Position numbers and translations under genes: made by a program. Below are positions 1-13,869 of a stretch of DNA of 64,000 bases, piece by piece. A model generated the notes under the pieces. It was not told the DNA's origin and made no database searches. It saw only the letters and a list, made by a program, of their open reading frames with translations. This stretch comes from Gnetum montanum. Its lineage: Eukaryota > Plantae > Gnetophyta. The DNA is taken from assembly GCA_015680685.1 (NCBI GenBank), contig MNCI01000721.1, positions 356,595-420,594 on the forward strand. Reading direction: 5' to 3'. The stretch's first letter is position 1, and each line of letters begins with the position of its first letter.

Positions 1-106
1 GCGACGCGATATCGCGTACGCGATATCACAGGAGAAGACGCGATATCGCGTCGGCCGCTATATCGCGTACGTGATATCGCGGCCTAGTGAAAACCGCGTC
101 TCATCA
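1..106 (-). mobile_element. 5' terminus (U3 start) of an LTR of the D/E Athila-like family, continuing off the left edge
   Basis: Ends in AACCGCGTCTCATCA, the reverse complement of the D LTR start TGATGAGACGCGGTT. Carries about 5 CGATATCG-type palindromes. No PPT follows, so it is a 5' or solo LTR. Confidence 0.85.
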
Positions 107-119
107 AGAGTGATCTAGA

Positions 120-2423
120 GATATTCCTTTTCTTAATTGTTCTAAATCTAAGCTCATAATAACTAACCTTTCTTCTAGTTTCTTATTTTTATATTTCTTA
201 TTTTTAAGCAATGATTCCTTGATGATTATTGTTACCTTGAGCTACCCATTTTTTCTTTTTAATCCTTTAACTTCCTCTTGTAGCTTTGATACTTCTTGTT
301 CATTCTACAAGATAAATTCCTTGAGCTTGTATATCTGGCTTCCACCTATCTATCTCATATCTTTGATTAATGTGTCTATAGTGTCTAACATATCTTGATG
401 CAACATTACAAGCCTTTGCTTACCCATTTGTGGGTGGGTCATCTTCCTTATGTAGGAAGATTACATTGGATTCTATTTTTAGTTTAGTAGGGAGCTTTTG
501 ACTTAATATAATTTGGCCTTATTTTTCTCTAATCTTAAAAGCTTATGCTGCTCCTTTCATCAAGTATCTAGATGGGAAAGTAAGAGTTGAAGAAGAACTT
601 TCTCATTCTTTTTGTTGTTGCTCCTTTTATAACTCCACTATCTTTTGTTATTTCAATAGTAGTAGTAGTTGTTTCTCTTTTAATATTTGTTCCTATAGTT
701 GTTGTTGTTGTTGCTATTGTTCGTTCTTAGCCCTTGCTTATTTGACTCTAACCTTTCTTATAGCTCTTATTATGGCATATTCTATCTTATTAGGGGGAAA
801 CTTCTCATTAGGCATGGCATTCTCTGACTCTAACAAGTTCCAAGAAAAGTAATTATTTTCCATTATAGGTAGGCACTCTTCTAAGAAATATTTGGCTAAA
901 GGATGTTATTTATCCTTCATTCATCTACACACTTCAATAACTAGGGCATTACAAGTTAAAGATAGTAACTTCATTGATAGGCTCTTTTTCAATTGTGCTA
1001 GAGCTTCCTCTTTAGCCTGATTATCCTCTTTATTAGAAGCCTTGAGATAAACTATATTAGTATCATCTAGCTAATGAACCTTTCTAGTCTTCATAGTGGA
1101 GTATATTCAATTATAAACTAGAGGAAAACTACATTACTCTCTATATCTTTTGACCATGGCTCTCAAATGACTTGAATTAATAAACTTCCAATAGTTGAAA
1201 TTGAGAGGAAAAACTTCCTTGTGCTTGTAGTCATGTCTCAAAGAGCTATCCCACATTTATTGCCTAACCTTCAATGTAGCCAAATATGGAGCTATGAACC
1301 TAGGTATCTTGAAAGCTTTTTCTTTAGATCCTACTATGAGGATATGTGTATAATAGGCATGAAAAAAATAGCTCCATGGCACTTTCCCCTTATCTCATTG
1401 ATGAATTTTTGATCAACCCTAAATAGAAAAGCTTCCAAAATCAACTTAATTAAATGAGGGTAGAAACAATTCATTGGAAATTATAAGGCTTGGGCATCAT
1501 AGAAGCTCTTCTAATAGCTGATTGGAAAAATTCATAACAGGGGTCCTTTGGGCAAGATCTTCTCTATGATGCATAGCCCACAAAAATTGGAGTCATTCTT
1601 TCAAACTCAAGCATCTCACTTAGTAAATAGTCTAGTAAGAATGAACTAAGCTTTAGGTGTACCTCTTACTCATGGATCTTAGATAGGCTCTACTATAATG
1701 CATCATTCATATGTTGTATAGGGAAGAAGAGCCTATTATTTTCTAATGCTACCTAATCCCAAACATGGTAGTAGATAATAGTATTGTGTTCATAGCTAGA
1801 ACAAGAATTTAAAGTAGAAAAAAAATCCTATGGGGTAACCTAAGCTCTAAAGCTTTAGGGGTGACATTTCTATATCCCTAGGCTTTTGCTAAGTTGGCTT
1901 GTGGTAGCTTGATGTTCTTTTCGGACTTACGATGATTCCAAACTTTTTCACTCAGCACTTCCTTGTTGTACTGATGAACTTTAATTTGTGTAATATCTAG
2001 TTTAATCAATCTATAGAGCTCATATACTTTCTTGATGTTGATGTTAATGAAACACTTAGTATTGTTCCTAAATTGCAACATGTCCTTCTCATAGATCATT
2101 TCTACTATCAAGTGACTTAGGACATCTCTACTTAGATTTTCTTTGGGTCTAAAACTGAGCTTATATAACCTTGTTTTCTCATAAATCTCACACAATTCCT
2201 CCATCGACTTTGTAGACTATAGGCCTAATTTCTCCACTAGATTATGATCTTTGTCAAAATAAAACAGGTTTGCATTTTCCACTTCTAGATTTAGTCATGC
2301 TACATCAATCCATTGATGTAGCTTATAGATATTCAAATTGTACTTCTATAAATACATAGAAAAAACAAAAACATCAACATCCTAAAACTTTTTGGGAGAT
2401 TTTTTCTTCTCTTTTTGTGACAT
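120..2423 (-). pseudogene. Decayed retrotransposon accessory-type ORF with a C-terminal coiled-coil-like region (element G remnant)
   Basis: Minus-strand reading from MSQKEKKKSPKKF, the 108-aa ORF at 1878-2204, and an E/K/L-rich tail near 200-400. Many stops and no recognisable pol motif. Confidence 0.35.
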
Positions 2424-2699
2424 CCTAGCTTTTTCTTAGAACTTGAAGCTTCTTTGTATTCTTCAATGATGGCTTTATCTCTTTCTTAGCTCTATTTTAT
2501 CTTTTAACTCTACTTCAACTCTAAGCTTTATTTGCTAGTGGTTTTGGGTTTGAAATCTATCTAAATCTCTATTATTAATATTCAAATCTTTAGTCCTTAA
2601 TTTGTTTACTTGAGATAGGTTGTTCAATTAAGTTCTCAACACTTGTTGTAGGCTCCAATTTGGTTGAGATACTTCATTTACAACTTAAGGGTTTAAATT

Positions 2700-4270
2700 C
2701 AAAGTCTCAATCTATTGTAGCTTCATATTATTTCTAACATTAGCCTGTAGAGCCCTTTCTAAACCTATTTGTATAGTTAAATTTACTCTAGAAAGGAAAT
2801 TGACATGGTAGAGTGAATTTGAGCTTCTATGTAGAACTAATTTTTGTTTCTACATGTTGCATCATGTCTTTTCTTGAGCTAGATTAAAATTTGACATACA
2901 CATGTATGCCATTTTTGGTGGATCCATGATAGGATTTGACATGGTATAGTCATTTTTCATATAGGCTTAGAGAGTTGGATTCTGATTCTATGACAAACTT
3001 ATGTTCATATTTTTTGATGATGTGGCTCATAGAATTGATCTAGCCTCTTTTTGTAGAACCTACCTATAGCTCTATAAACTAGATTCATATGACAAATGAC
3101 TTGGTAGATCTTTCTCCATCTTTAATAATTTGTTGTTATTCTAAAGTTGACATGGCTCATAGAACCATTTTTAAATCCATTCATAGATTTGATCTTTAAC
3201 TTCACAAAACTAGCTATATAAGATGATGTGGTGATGAGGTTAAACATTACTAAAAATATTCTAATGCACTCATAGCTCTTAATAGAACCATTTTATAGAG
3301 CCACTTTTTAGCCTTATGAATTTATTCTACATAGTTTCTCAAGTGGTAGAACCATTTTTTGGCTTGCTTCTGGAGCTAAATTTTAACTCTACAAGTAATT
3401 TTTTTATTCTAAGGTTGATGTAATAAAGCTTATTTCATGCTTGATTTTTAGAGCTAGATTTTAATTCTACAAGAAACATCCTTTCTCTAGTGCTAACATA
3501 GTAGAGCCAAAAGTTGTGATTCTTGTAAAGCCATTTCATAGAACTACTTCTTTGCTCTATGAGTTCTTTACCATAAGATAAAGTTGATGTAGTAGAACCA
3601 TTTTTTAGAGATGCTTTTCAATTCTACAAATTTTTTCTATAAGATCATTGACATGGTAGAACCATTTTTTGCCTTGTTGGTAAAACCATATTTCGGTTCT
3701 ACAAAGGGCTTAGCTTCAAGCTTCCTTCTTGAGTGATGATGTGGCATGTAGATCCATTTTTAGCTTTTCTTGTAAAGACAATTTTTCTCCTACAAACCTT
3801 CTCCCAACATAGCTCGCGTATCACATGGGATTTATGGATAAAGCTAATTTTTATCTTTCCTTATGATTAATCACTATGAAGCTAGCCCAAGTAGAATCCT
3901 CTTGTAGAGATAATTTTTTTTTTTTTTTGGCTTTGTGAGCTTCTTCTACAAGTTGACATGGCTCATAAAACCATTTTGTAGAACCTATCTTTGTCTCTAC
4001 AAATTGGGGCTAATAGCCTACATGGCAAAGCTAAAAAGTGGTAATTCATAGTAGAGCCATTTTGGAACCCTAAGAATCTTTTCGTCTAAAAGGAAGCTGA
4101 CTTAGTAGAGCTAATTTTAAAGTTCTCCTAGAACAAATTTATAGAATCTCTTTTTGGTCCTATGCACAAGCTTTTTTTATGCTCCACAGCTATATGCTTA
4201 TGTGGCTCATAGAACCATTTTATAGAATTTATTTTCTATTCTATGAGTCTTTCCTATGAGCTGATGTGAC
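2700..4270. repeat. Degenerate tandem array, inferred ancestral unit TGACGTGG(CTC)GCAGAGCCATTTTT
   Basis: Repeated variants such as TTGACATGGCTCATAGAACCATTTTT (~3147), GTTGATGTAGTAGAACCATTTTT (~3583), TTGACATGGTAGAACCATTTTT (~3648), TTGACATGGCTCATAAAACCATTTT (~3953) and TATGTGGCTCATAGAACCATTTT (~4199). Confidence 0.7.
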
Positions 4271-5379
4271 AATCATATCTAATGAATTTCCCTTTTTTGT
4301 AATCAATTTGATTTAGAAAAGTTTTTGAAACCTTATTCAAAGCTCATTTTTTATTGTACTATTCCACCTCACTTATCAAAAATGACTTAAAAAAGGTTAA
4401 GTTAGCCTTGGATAAAGCCCCTTTTTCCTAAGATGAATAAGCTTATTATGCACTCAACTATTTATTTTAATGCCAACTTCTCCTTGAGATGAGAATAATC
4501 TTAAAACTTTGCAAATCTAGCCAATAGAAAAGGACATTTGTTTAAATCAACCCAAACTTGTGCAAGCTCTATCCTTTATAGCTAACTTAATTTTCCATGC
4601 AATGTTAGACTTAGCTTGAAACTTTAGCTTTTGAAACCAGTTGAAACTTCACGAGATTAAATAATCAAGAAATTAGTTCTTCCTTAGCCCTAAAATCTAT
4701 TATTTTGTGAATAAAAATTAATTAGAATGAATTAAATCTCTTTAGTATTTCTAAATGTTTTCTTGTTATGCAAACAAGGTGTGATAAATCTTAGCTCATA
4801 TGCAACACCTAAGTATGTTTAGAATTCTCCAATAATCGTTTAATGGTAGGCATAGAGAATCAAGCCTACTATTCTAATTTTATGGTTATTCCATGAATGT
4901 GGTATATTGTTGCAACAACATATTTATTATCCAACATAGTTTCACTTTAAACTTATCTTCCCCATTCATCCTCTTAAGATTAACCTCTCCAATATCACTT
5001 ATCTTATAATTAATTTTTCTTACATGACTTACAATTTTACTAAAAACATACAAAAATAAATAAACATTTAGTGTCATTCTTCATATGATGTCATCCTAGA
5101 AACCATCATCATCATTTTATTAGTATTGTTTGTTATTTTTTTAAATTTGCAACTTGTATTACAATTTTAATTGCATAATTTCCTATCAATTTCATCTTAC
5201 TTTTTATTTCATTCTTGCATTGGGTGACCTTAAGTTTCCATTTGATTTAAGGGTTGTCTCTTAAATCATTTTTGGCCACATATAGCATTTGATTTATATT
5301 TAATGCTTCATTTCCTTTTAGTTATCAAAACATGTTATTCTATGTGAGTTATGTAAAAACAACAATTTTCACTTTGAAA

Positions 5380-6200
5380 TCTTTGACACTAGAAGGATGA
5401 CTTGATTAGTATTAGGTTACATTAGAATATCATAGCTATTAAGTCATCTAGATGAGGATCACTGCTACTCCTTTTAATCATTCTTTTCTTTTTCATTATT
5501 ACCATTGTAAATGTCACTTTTCATATCAAGGAGAAATAAAATGATGATATTATCATTTTTAGACATGAAATTGACATGAAAATTAATTTATCTTACAACA
5601 TTATTTTATCAATAAAATTTGAATTCTAATATATCTTGTTTAGCTATGAGGCTGTTTTTCATGTACTAGAAGTGTTGATAATAGTTTTATACTTGTGATT
5701 ATATTTTGAGCAATTCTAAATCACAATTATTATGAATCAATGGCCTCATCATTTAAATGATAATATAACTCAAACATGGCTAAATTATTAGTTGAATATC
5801 TCAAACATGAATTCTTTGAAAGAATGGATAATCATGATTACAAAATTTCTTATGCTAATTGTGAACTTGGCTTCACTTTACCTCCAAAAATGTTCAAATG
5901 GATGTTGGTGTATGAGAATGCTAATGCCCTACCTTCTTGTCTCTTGGATTCAAAACATCCTATGAAACTTAATAGAAGTAAAATAAGAAAATTAACGCAC
6001 CATTCTGAATGAGAGAAAGAACTTACATGCAAGTAGCAAAAGCAACCTTGACCATCCTAAATAAGGACTAGAACATAACATCATTATGATAATAGGAAGT
6101 AATAACACTCTAGATGACTACTCAAATCACATTATCATTGACAATATGGAAGATGATTAGTTAAAGATAATGAGTCTTATAATTTTTGTAGCAAATAAGC
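5380..6200 (+). pseudogene. Possible decayed transposon accessory ORF fragment
   Basis: ORF 5776-6012 (AKLLVEYLKHEFF...ISYAN) looks protein-like and loosely resembles the C-terminal part of plant transposon accessory proteins. No boundaries found. Confidence 0.2.
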
Positions 6201-6385
6201 CAATTATTCATCCTTTTAGAGCCTTATCCCAATCATACATCATCTTCCCGAGTCCTTTTCAACATCCCTATTAATTCCAATAATTCCATCAACAGTTCAC
6301 TCTACAATGTATTCCTAGATAACAACATTAATTAACTACACTTCTTCCATCAAAATCCTAGTTCAATTCTAGCTACATCAATCTC

Positions 6386-7151
6386 TATGTGGTATGGATG
6401 TGGCCACATCAAACTCCAATTCATGTTCAAATCCTTAATTAAGAACTCACAATAAAATAAGAAAAGTAAAAATATCTTTTTTCTTTCTTAAAAAAATAAA
6501 AAGAATTACAAAATGAAATGGATGCAATGTCCCAAGAACAAACAAGTATTCAAGATCCTCACATCACTACCTCTTACAAAAGGCTCAAAGTCATACAAGA
6601 ATTACTTTCTTACACTCACTCACACAATGGCCAAAATACCTTACCAAAGAAATTCTTAAGATGAGCTAGGAACTATAAAATGACTTTTAAATTCTATATT
6701 TTAATTTCTCTCTCTAATTCTTCCTTAAACACTGACTTTTGATGTTAATTTATAAGTCAAATATGACCTTTTAGCTTCCTTCAGTGTCAAAGGTTAAATT
6801 GGAAACTATTAGATAACTTATGTTAATTTTTTCCTTTTGCTAGTGGTATGTTTGGCATTTTCAAAACATTTGGAAATATGGGTTAAAATGTCTCACATGT
6901 GTGAGACTACTAGCTAGAATGGCCTTGCATAAACTTATCTTATTTTAAGATTTCTAGCTTGCACATGCCATAATCTACCAAGATGTCTCAGGAAATAAGA
7001 TAAAGTATACATTAAAATTTTTCTCATAGTTTTCTTGACCTCCATACTATCTTGAAACATTAGAAACACAAGATGAACATGCACAATATGATGAATAAAG
7101 CACATATATAAAATTTAGGATGAATACATTGGGTGGATGATGTCATCATCA
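6386..7151 (-). repeat. 3' LTR of element I (left boundary approximate)
   Basis: Starts TGATGATGACATCATCCACCC immediately after the PPT. Size and layout are similar to the A LTRs. Confidence 0.65.
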
Positions 7152-7269
7152 TATCTCTCACCCTTAAAAGGATACTTATAATCAAGTGGAATTTACACTT
7201 AAAATGACATCAATCTCCCTTAAATCTAAGTTAGACTCATAAACCTAGATTACTTTTTTAGATCCTTCA

Positions 7270-7768
7270 TCTTAGGAATTTGATGTATTCTAGCAAGTTT
7301 AACATGATGATTGGAATCTATATGATATAACACTATGAATATATTTATACACCATTTTTTCATTTCATACTTTAGTGTAACATTATTAACATATTACTAA
7401 GGTACCTATGCATTAAATTTTTTTATAAATAAATTTATTATTTATATCACTTATATACCCTTAACTATTTATCATGTCTATTTTTATCAACATGACTTAT
7501 CTCTCTTACCTATAAATGTGTTGAATATGATTTGATCCAAGTAAGATGTGCATACAATGATAATACAGAAACTAAGGACCATTTACATATTAATTTCCAT
7601 CTTTTTTTATACATTATATGTGTATGAATATGGATTGAATACTTGACATTTTGATGGTCATCATATCCATACTATGTTACAACTTCAATATATTCATCAT
7701 TTGTAAAAGTCATGACGTTGATTTTAGTTTCCTTGGATCTAGTGATATAAATACCACAAAACTCAACA
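7270..7768 (+). repeat. 5' LTR of H
   Basis: Colinear with 51997-52479. Ends ACTCAACA, followed by the PBS. Confidence 0.85.
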
Positions 7769-7780
7769 TGGTATTAGAGC
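7769..7780 (+). promoter_or_regulatory. Primer-binding site (tRNA-iMet type) of H
   Basis: TGGTATTAGAGC versus canonical TGGTATCAGAGC. Confidence 0.8.
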
Positions 7781-9366
7781 TAGATTTTGATACCAAAATC
7801 TACCAACATGATGAGATACTTAAGGTGTTTTGGTAGTTAGGAGCATTAAATGCAAATGTAAGTGTAAAAATAAACCATAGAACTTAATTTGCACATTTAC
7901 TAAAATCACAAAAATTGTAGAGCCCTCTTGGCATCATAAGAATCTTGTCTTTTCAAAGCTTGTTTAGAATAACTTATTTTGTGAGTTATAATGTTTTCTT
8001 AAACTAAATTATATCATTCTATATTCTTGAACTTAGCTTATAATTAATATAGATCAATGTACAAAAGTTGAAATAACATATGCATACCAATTTGTGGACA
8101 TTTAAAGTAATTTTGGAAAAGCCCTAATTTTTTAAATATTTTATAGCAACTGATTGAATAAATGGTTCATGGTAATAAAGGTGAGGAAAATTGCAAAGAT
8201 CATCAAAGAGAAATCTTGATGTCAAAACATAGACTTCAAAAGATTTTTTTTAAAAAAAGAAAATACATCATCATGGTTACCACCATCAACACCATTGTCA
8301 AATTTCTATAGTAGAAGTATTCATGATGAAGGTTCCTCCTCCATGTAAAAAGACTCCACTAAGAAAATAAGACTTTATTTTGCAATGGTAACACATCATG
8401 AAGCTATTGCAAATAAAAAATAGAGCTTTGATTTACTATTATTAAAGGAAGAATACATTACATATCTAGCTCTTAGAGTCACTATACTATATTCTCATTT
8501 GAATCTTACTTTGACAACAAAATCAGTAAGTAAAGGCTATGGTATGGAGCTAGAGCATTCTATTCTAATACCATTCATTGAACTTGTGGTGTTGAAAGAA
8601 GAGACCCTAGTGAAAAATTGTATAAGAATGTCTAATAATAATTGGTTCATATTTTAGTCTAGGAAAACTTGATGGTATTCTAAAATTTAGAAAAGGCTTT
8701 TACAAATTTTCTTCTACATAAGGAAAAAATACTATGTTTTAAAGGAAGTAACCATTCCTCGGCAACAACTATGAAGAAAGGAAAAAGACATGTTGTTCCA
8801 ACACCACTAAAATTTTTATTAGTTAGCTAAATATGTTCTATTTTTGACTTGTAAATATAATTAAATTAGATGACTTTGCTTTATTCCATGATGAAAGATA
8901 GCAAAAATGCAATATCATGGTCCTTGATGAACTTGCTTAATATCATGGTGAAAGAAAAGAATTGTGTGGATTGGATATCACTATTAAAGTCTGAAATAAA
9001 GGGATATGTACTTGGGTATTATTGTTCTTCTTCATGATACTTATCTTATGATTATCTCCTCCCTATTTTTGTTAAGGTTTTTAAAGAAACAAATATATAT
9101 AAGGTCATTAAGGTGGTGCATGAATGAAAGAAGGAATTACTTTTAAGTTTTCTAAAAATGGAGAAAACTTTGATAGAGCTACCATCCTTGATACAAATCA
9201 TCAAAATCTACGTTGAGGGATGAGGTAAACTTGAATATAACTACCTAACCCTAGCTATGATACAAGAAGTTATGTAACACCACAACTTTGAAAATAAAGT
9301 TATTCACATGGAAGCCACAATTCATTTCCTCAAGATGATGGTGAAAAAGAGCCTAGTGAAACAAAT

Positions 9367-10158
9367 TGATAAGGACATCACCCAATGCATGCTTAATCAT
9401 CAATATGTTTGTACATAGATGTTTGTGTGTTGTTGTGTTTGTATTTTTGTGTTGTTTTGTTGATGATTATCTGAGGATATTTTGACATGTTTGGGAGTGT
9501 TTTGAAACTATTTTGATGAGTTTAGGAGGTTTTGGTGGCTATGGGAAGTTGTTTGGAGGTGTCTAAAGGTTCTAGGCCTTGAAACAAGCATCTTTGTATT
9601 TTTCCCTTGCAAGTGGGACATTCCAATTGTAGGTGAGATGTCCCAATGGTAGGTGAGATGTCCAAACTACATTTTAGACACCCAACTAAGACATCCTAGG
9701 ATGGTATGTCCCATTCTCCCCTAAGACATCCTAGATGGAAATGAGACAATTTCCTACAAGTTTTTAAAGATTTAAAATTTGAATTTAAAGAGGGAATATG
9801 AAGAGATGGGAGGGGAGCAAGGGATGAGGGGGGAGGGGAAAGTATATAAATAGACCTCTTGAGCCTTCATTTTGGTCAAGAGAGAGTGTAGGGAGTTAAG
9901 AAAAGAGTAGAAGGAGAGATAGAGTCTTGGAAGGGTTCCTTGATCATCATCCTTATGTGTGTGTGTGATTGCTTTATCTAAGTGTATGTGAAAATTTGAT
10001 TGACTCTCTTATTTGTCCTTAGAAATTTGTACTTCCTTTCAGCTATAATTTTTGCATTTAAGCATGAATAAAGCTTTCATTTTCTTTCCTTATTTAAATT
10101 TGTTGTTTTGTAACATTGAAAGAGCTTGGATTGTGGAATCCATGGAAGCTTCTCTTCA
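9367..10158 (+). repeat. 5' LTR of A
   Basis: TG...CA termini. TATA-like TATATAAATA at ~9843. Aligns with 49801-50556. Confidence 0.9.
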
Positions 10159-10518
10159 GATTGGTGTTAGAGTAGTTTAGAATTGAAGACAATTACATCC
10201 AAGTGGATAATTCTCATCTCAATTACAAAGAATCACTCCAAATTCTCAAGCTTGGGTGAATTCTCTCTTGCTACTTATTCTACTCATCCTAGGGTTTGAA
10301 AATCTCCCTTTGATCCCTAAGTTTTTCATACCTTTTAAGAATTGGAATATAACTATGAAATTGGACATCCATTGGCTTGTAGTAGCTAGGGTTTGAATAT
10401 CTTATGCTCATTTCTCTTAAGATCTAAGAATTTCTTATCTCATTCCTTGAGAAATCTTGAAAATTTCACTTTTCCTGATAGAATTTTATGAACATTACCT
10501 TTTAGATCAATTTCCATC

Positions 10519-12281
10519 ATGCCTCTAGACAAGAATGTTGTTGAAGCTTTATCAAGAGATGAGGATGACATGATAAATGCTCTCAAGATCATTGTTGAGA
10601 AAATTGAAAAGCTTGGAGAGAACAAAGGACATGCTACTTCATCAAAAACATCTAAGAAAGGATACAAATCATGCAATTCTTCACCAAGAGCTTCTTCAAG
10701 ACATTCCTCAATGCCATCCCTGAAGATGATACTTCCTTTAAATATGAATACTTTGAAGAAGGAGAAGCTAAAGATGGTGTTTTTCTTCATGCTCCTAGTG
10801 CTAAAAATAAGTCTCAAGGTTTCATTCCTAAGAAAAGAAAAAAGGAACTTCTTTCTAAGCCTCAAAGGAAGCAAGTTGAAGGAATTAAAGTCACTCTTGT
10901 AAAGCTTTTAGACATGCTTAAAGGATGCCTCATGTTGAAGTTAAATCATTCAATGGCATAAAAGGAATTGAATCTTTTCTCTCTTGGCTGAAAATGATTA
11001 ACAAGTACTTTGAACTTAAAGATGTTGGAAATCATCAAAAGGTATCTTATGCTAAAACTAAATTAGAAGGCATAGCACTTGTATGGCCTAAGAAGGAAAG
11101 TCATTCTACCAAGGTAAATAATGGTACTCCTATCAAGGATTGGTCTTTAATGTAATTCATTGTCAAGCAAAAATTTGAGAAGACTCATCATAGACAAGAG
11201 ACCATCCAAAAATTGAAGTACCTAAGGCAAGGTGATAAGAGTGTGAAGGACTAATATATGGATTTTTATAAGGCTTTCCAACTAGCAAAAGTTCATTGGA
11301 ATTATTATGAATAAGAATATAACTTTCAAGGAGGACTTAAAAGGGAGTATCAACAAGAGATAATCTTCTATGAGCCCCAACGTTTGGATGAGGCTTTTGA
11401 ATTGGCTCTTATGGATGAGAAGAAACTTCTAGGATACAATAGAGGTCCAAAATTTTCTAAAGGTAAGGACTCAAAAGTTTCTAAAGGTGAGAAAGGAGCT
11501 AAGGAGAAGGGAAATGCCAATGAAGACACAAAGGAGAAGTAAGAAAATTTCAAGGAGGGGCAAGATTCCAAGAAAAACTACTCCAAGAATGGAAAGGATT
11601 CAAGGAAATGGCTATGCATCTAGACTTTAATGCTTCAATTGTGGTGAAAAGGTACATAAAAAATGGGAGTGAAAAATGCCAAAGATCTTCAAATATAAGG
11701 AACTTTAGACCTTAGAAAAGAAAGAATCCTCTAATGAAGTTAATTTTCATGCACCAATGATTGGAGATATAACTAAAATTAATTCTTGCACATTTATGGA
11801 AGATGTTAATGCCAATGAAGATCCTTGAAAAAAGAGGATCTTTAGGATTGAAGCTAAGTGTCTAGATAGTGGTGAATGGATACACATTTTAATTGATGGT
11901 GGAGCTCAAGAAAATGTGATTTTTTCAAAGGTTTTTTCTAAGCTTGGTTTGAAGCCATTTCAATATCTTAGACCCTATAAAGTCCATTGGATATCCAAGG
12001 ATCATTTTCAAGAAGTTAAGGAGAAGTTTATTTTATCTTTTAAAATTTTTTCTTTTAAGGACAAGGTACATTATGACATCCTTCCTATTGATTGTACTAA
12101 TGTTATTTTGGGAAGACCTTGGAACTTGGACAACAGGGCTTCTTTTAGTGGTGAAAGAAATGTTTGGTTTATTCCAAGAGAAGATGGGATACATGAACTC
12201 ATTTCTATAACTTAGCAACAGTATAAGAAAAATCCCCTTGTTAATTCTTCATTAAACGTGCTAACTAGACAAGAGTACATA
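10519..12281 (+). pseudogene. gag: Gag and aspartic protease of A
   Basis: KVSYAKTKLEGIALVW, zinc-knuckle remnant CFNCGEKVH (~11633), LIDGGAQEN, PYKVHW and DILPIDCTNVILGRPW (typical of CRM). Stops and frameshifts present. Confidence 0.88.
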
Positions 12282-13255
12282 TGATAAAACTCCAATTGTT
12301 CCAATTTTAGCTCATAAAAACCCCTTTTTTGTTTTTATTTTTTGCTATTTTACTATATCAAAGAGCATCAATTTATTTAATACCCATTAATATGAACTAA
12401 TTACTTTGATAAGTATCTATCATCACAGGTTCTATCTAAATCGATAATGATATTGATTGGGATTGGGAACTTTAACATATGCTAAATAAGATGACATCAA
12501 TATGCATCATCGAATTGATATAGACTGACCCAATTCATGTTGATTTTAGCAGTTGTCATGACAAGGATTAATATCATATACTTATGAGAGAAATTTCCTC
12601 ACTAGGGAATGAAGATATCAATTTGCACTATTGTCTTGATGCAAATTAGATATCAAAGGACATAGCTACCATGACACAATTCAGTACTTATAATCAATCT
12701 TCATTGAAGTGTTCGATACCCAAATAATAACACTTTCTAAATTTTAATAAAACCTTTTCTAGTATAAATGGGAAAGCTTGAATACTAGGGGAAACCCACA
12801 TCAAATTAAAACCAATTTTTGAAACTTTTTCATTTGTAAATATCTAAAGAAGATTTGTTGAACCTTTTGAAAATTATCAACCATTAGAGTTCATTGTTGG
12901 ACTATTGAAGTTGTTGCATTGTAGAAACAACATGGTAGGATCACAAATTAGGTGAAGTATCTCTTATAATCTTCTATTACCTATGTTAATATTACATGAT
13001 TTAAATTTTGTTAAATCATTTAATTTCCACTCTTGAAGTTGGAATTAGAAGTTAGGGTGAAATTTATGATTTTACTTATGAGTGATAGTTGTACATGTGG
13101 GATTTTATTTAGGTTTGGATCTAACCATTTATTGTCTTGATGTTTTCTCTGACTTTGAACCATTCCTCCATGGATACAAGTTGTAGGTTAGTCACAAAGG
13201 AGGTGACATCTCTACAACAAAGGTAATTTAGCACTAAACTTCGGCTAGCTCATCA
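12282..13255 (+). repeat. 5' LTR of B
   Basis: TGATAAAAC...CTCATCA followed by the PBS. Aligns with the three copies at 43796-46915. Confidence 0.92.
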
Positions 13256-13869
13256 ATTTGGCATTGTTGCTGGGGAAGCAAACAAAGTCAATCATCATCA
13301 AGGGTTTAGTATGTTTTTCATATTTCTTTTAGAGATTTAGAACTTCTAAAATGGTACATACTACTTTCATTTCCATTTCTTTTGTTAGTAGTTTTAGAAA
13401 TGATTTCTTTTAATTATTTTCCTTGTAAGAAGAAAAGTAAAAATATTAAAAATGAGGAAAATGTACAATCATAAGAATTAGTTCCCCTGATTTACAAAAT
13501 TGAAGAAAGCTACAAAAAAATTACAATTAAGGTAGTAATTATAGGGGTAATTAAGTCAATTTACAAAATTCTAGGATTAGTTGCCCATGAATGTGCTAAA
13601 GAAGAGTGTATTTGTTAAATGAAACCAAGCAGCATAAAAATCCAATATGAATTCAACCTTCTAGAAATACCACTAGCTTTTATAAAAATATCTAAACCAA
13701 TTTGAAACAAACACAAGAGGAACAAGGATAGCCTAGCTCTATTTTCTTAACCTCTCTAAAGAAACAAAACAATAATAAAGTGAGAAATCCAACATAAATC
13801 TTTCAAGAAAAATTAAAAGCACAATTTAAATTTTCCACATGTTTAAACCCTCTTTTTGACATACCAAAT

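Noticed and set aside
2700-4270. CRISPR-like repeat-spacer array
   Set aside because: Repeats are degenerate and irregularly spaced, there are no cas genes, and the context is eukaryotic retrotransposon sequence.
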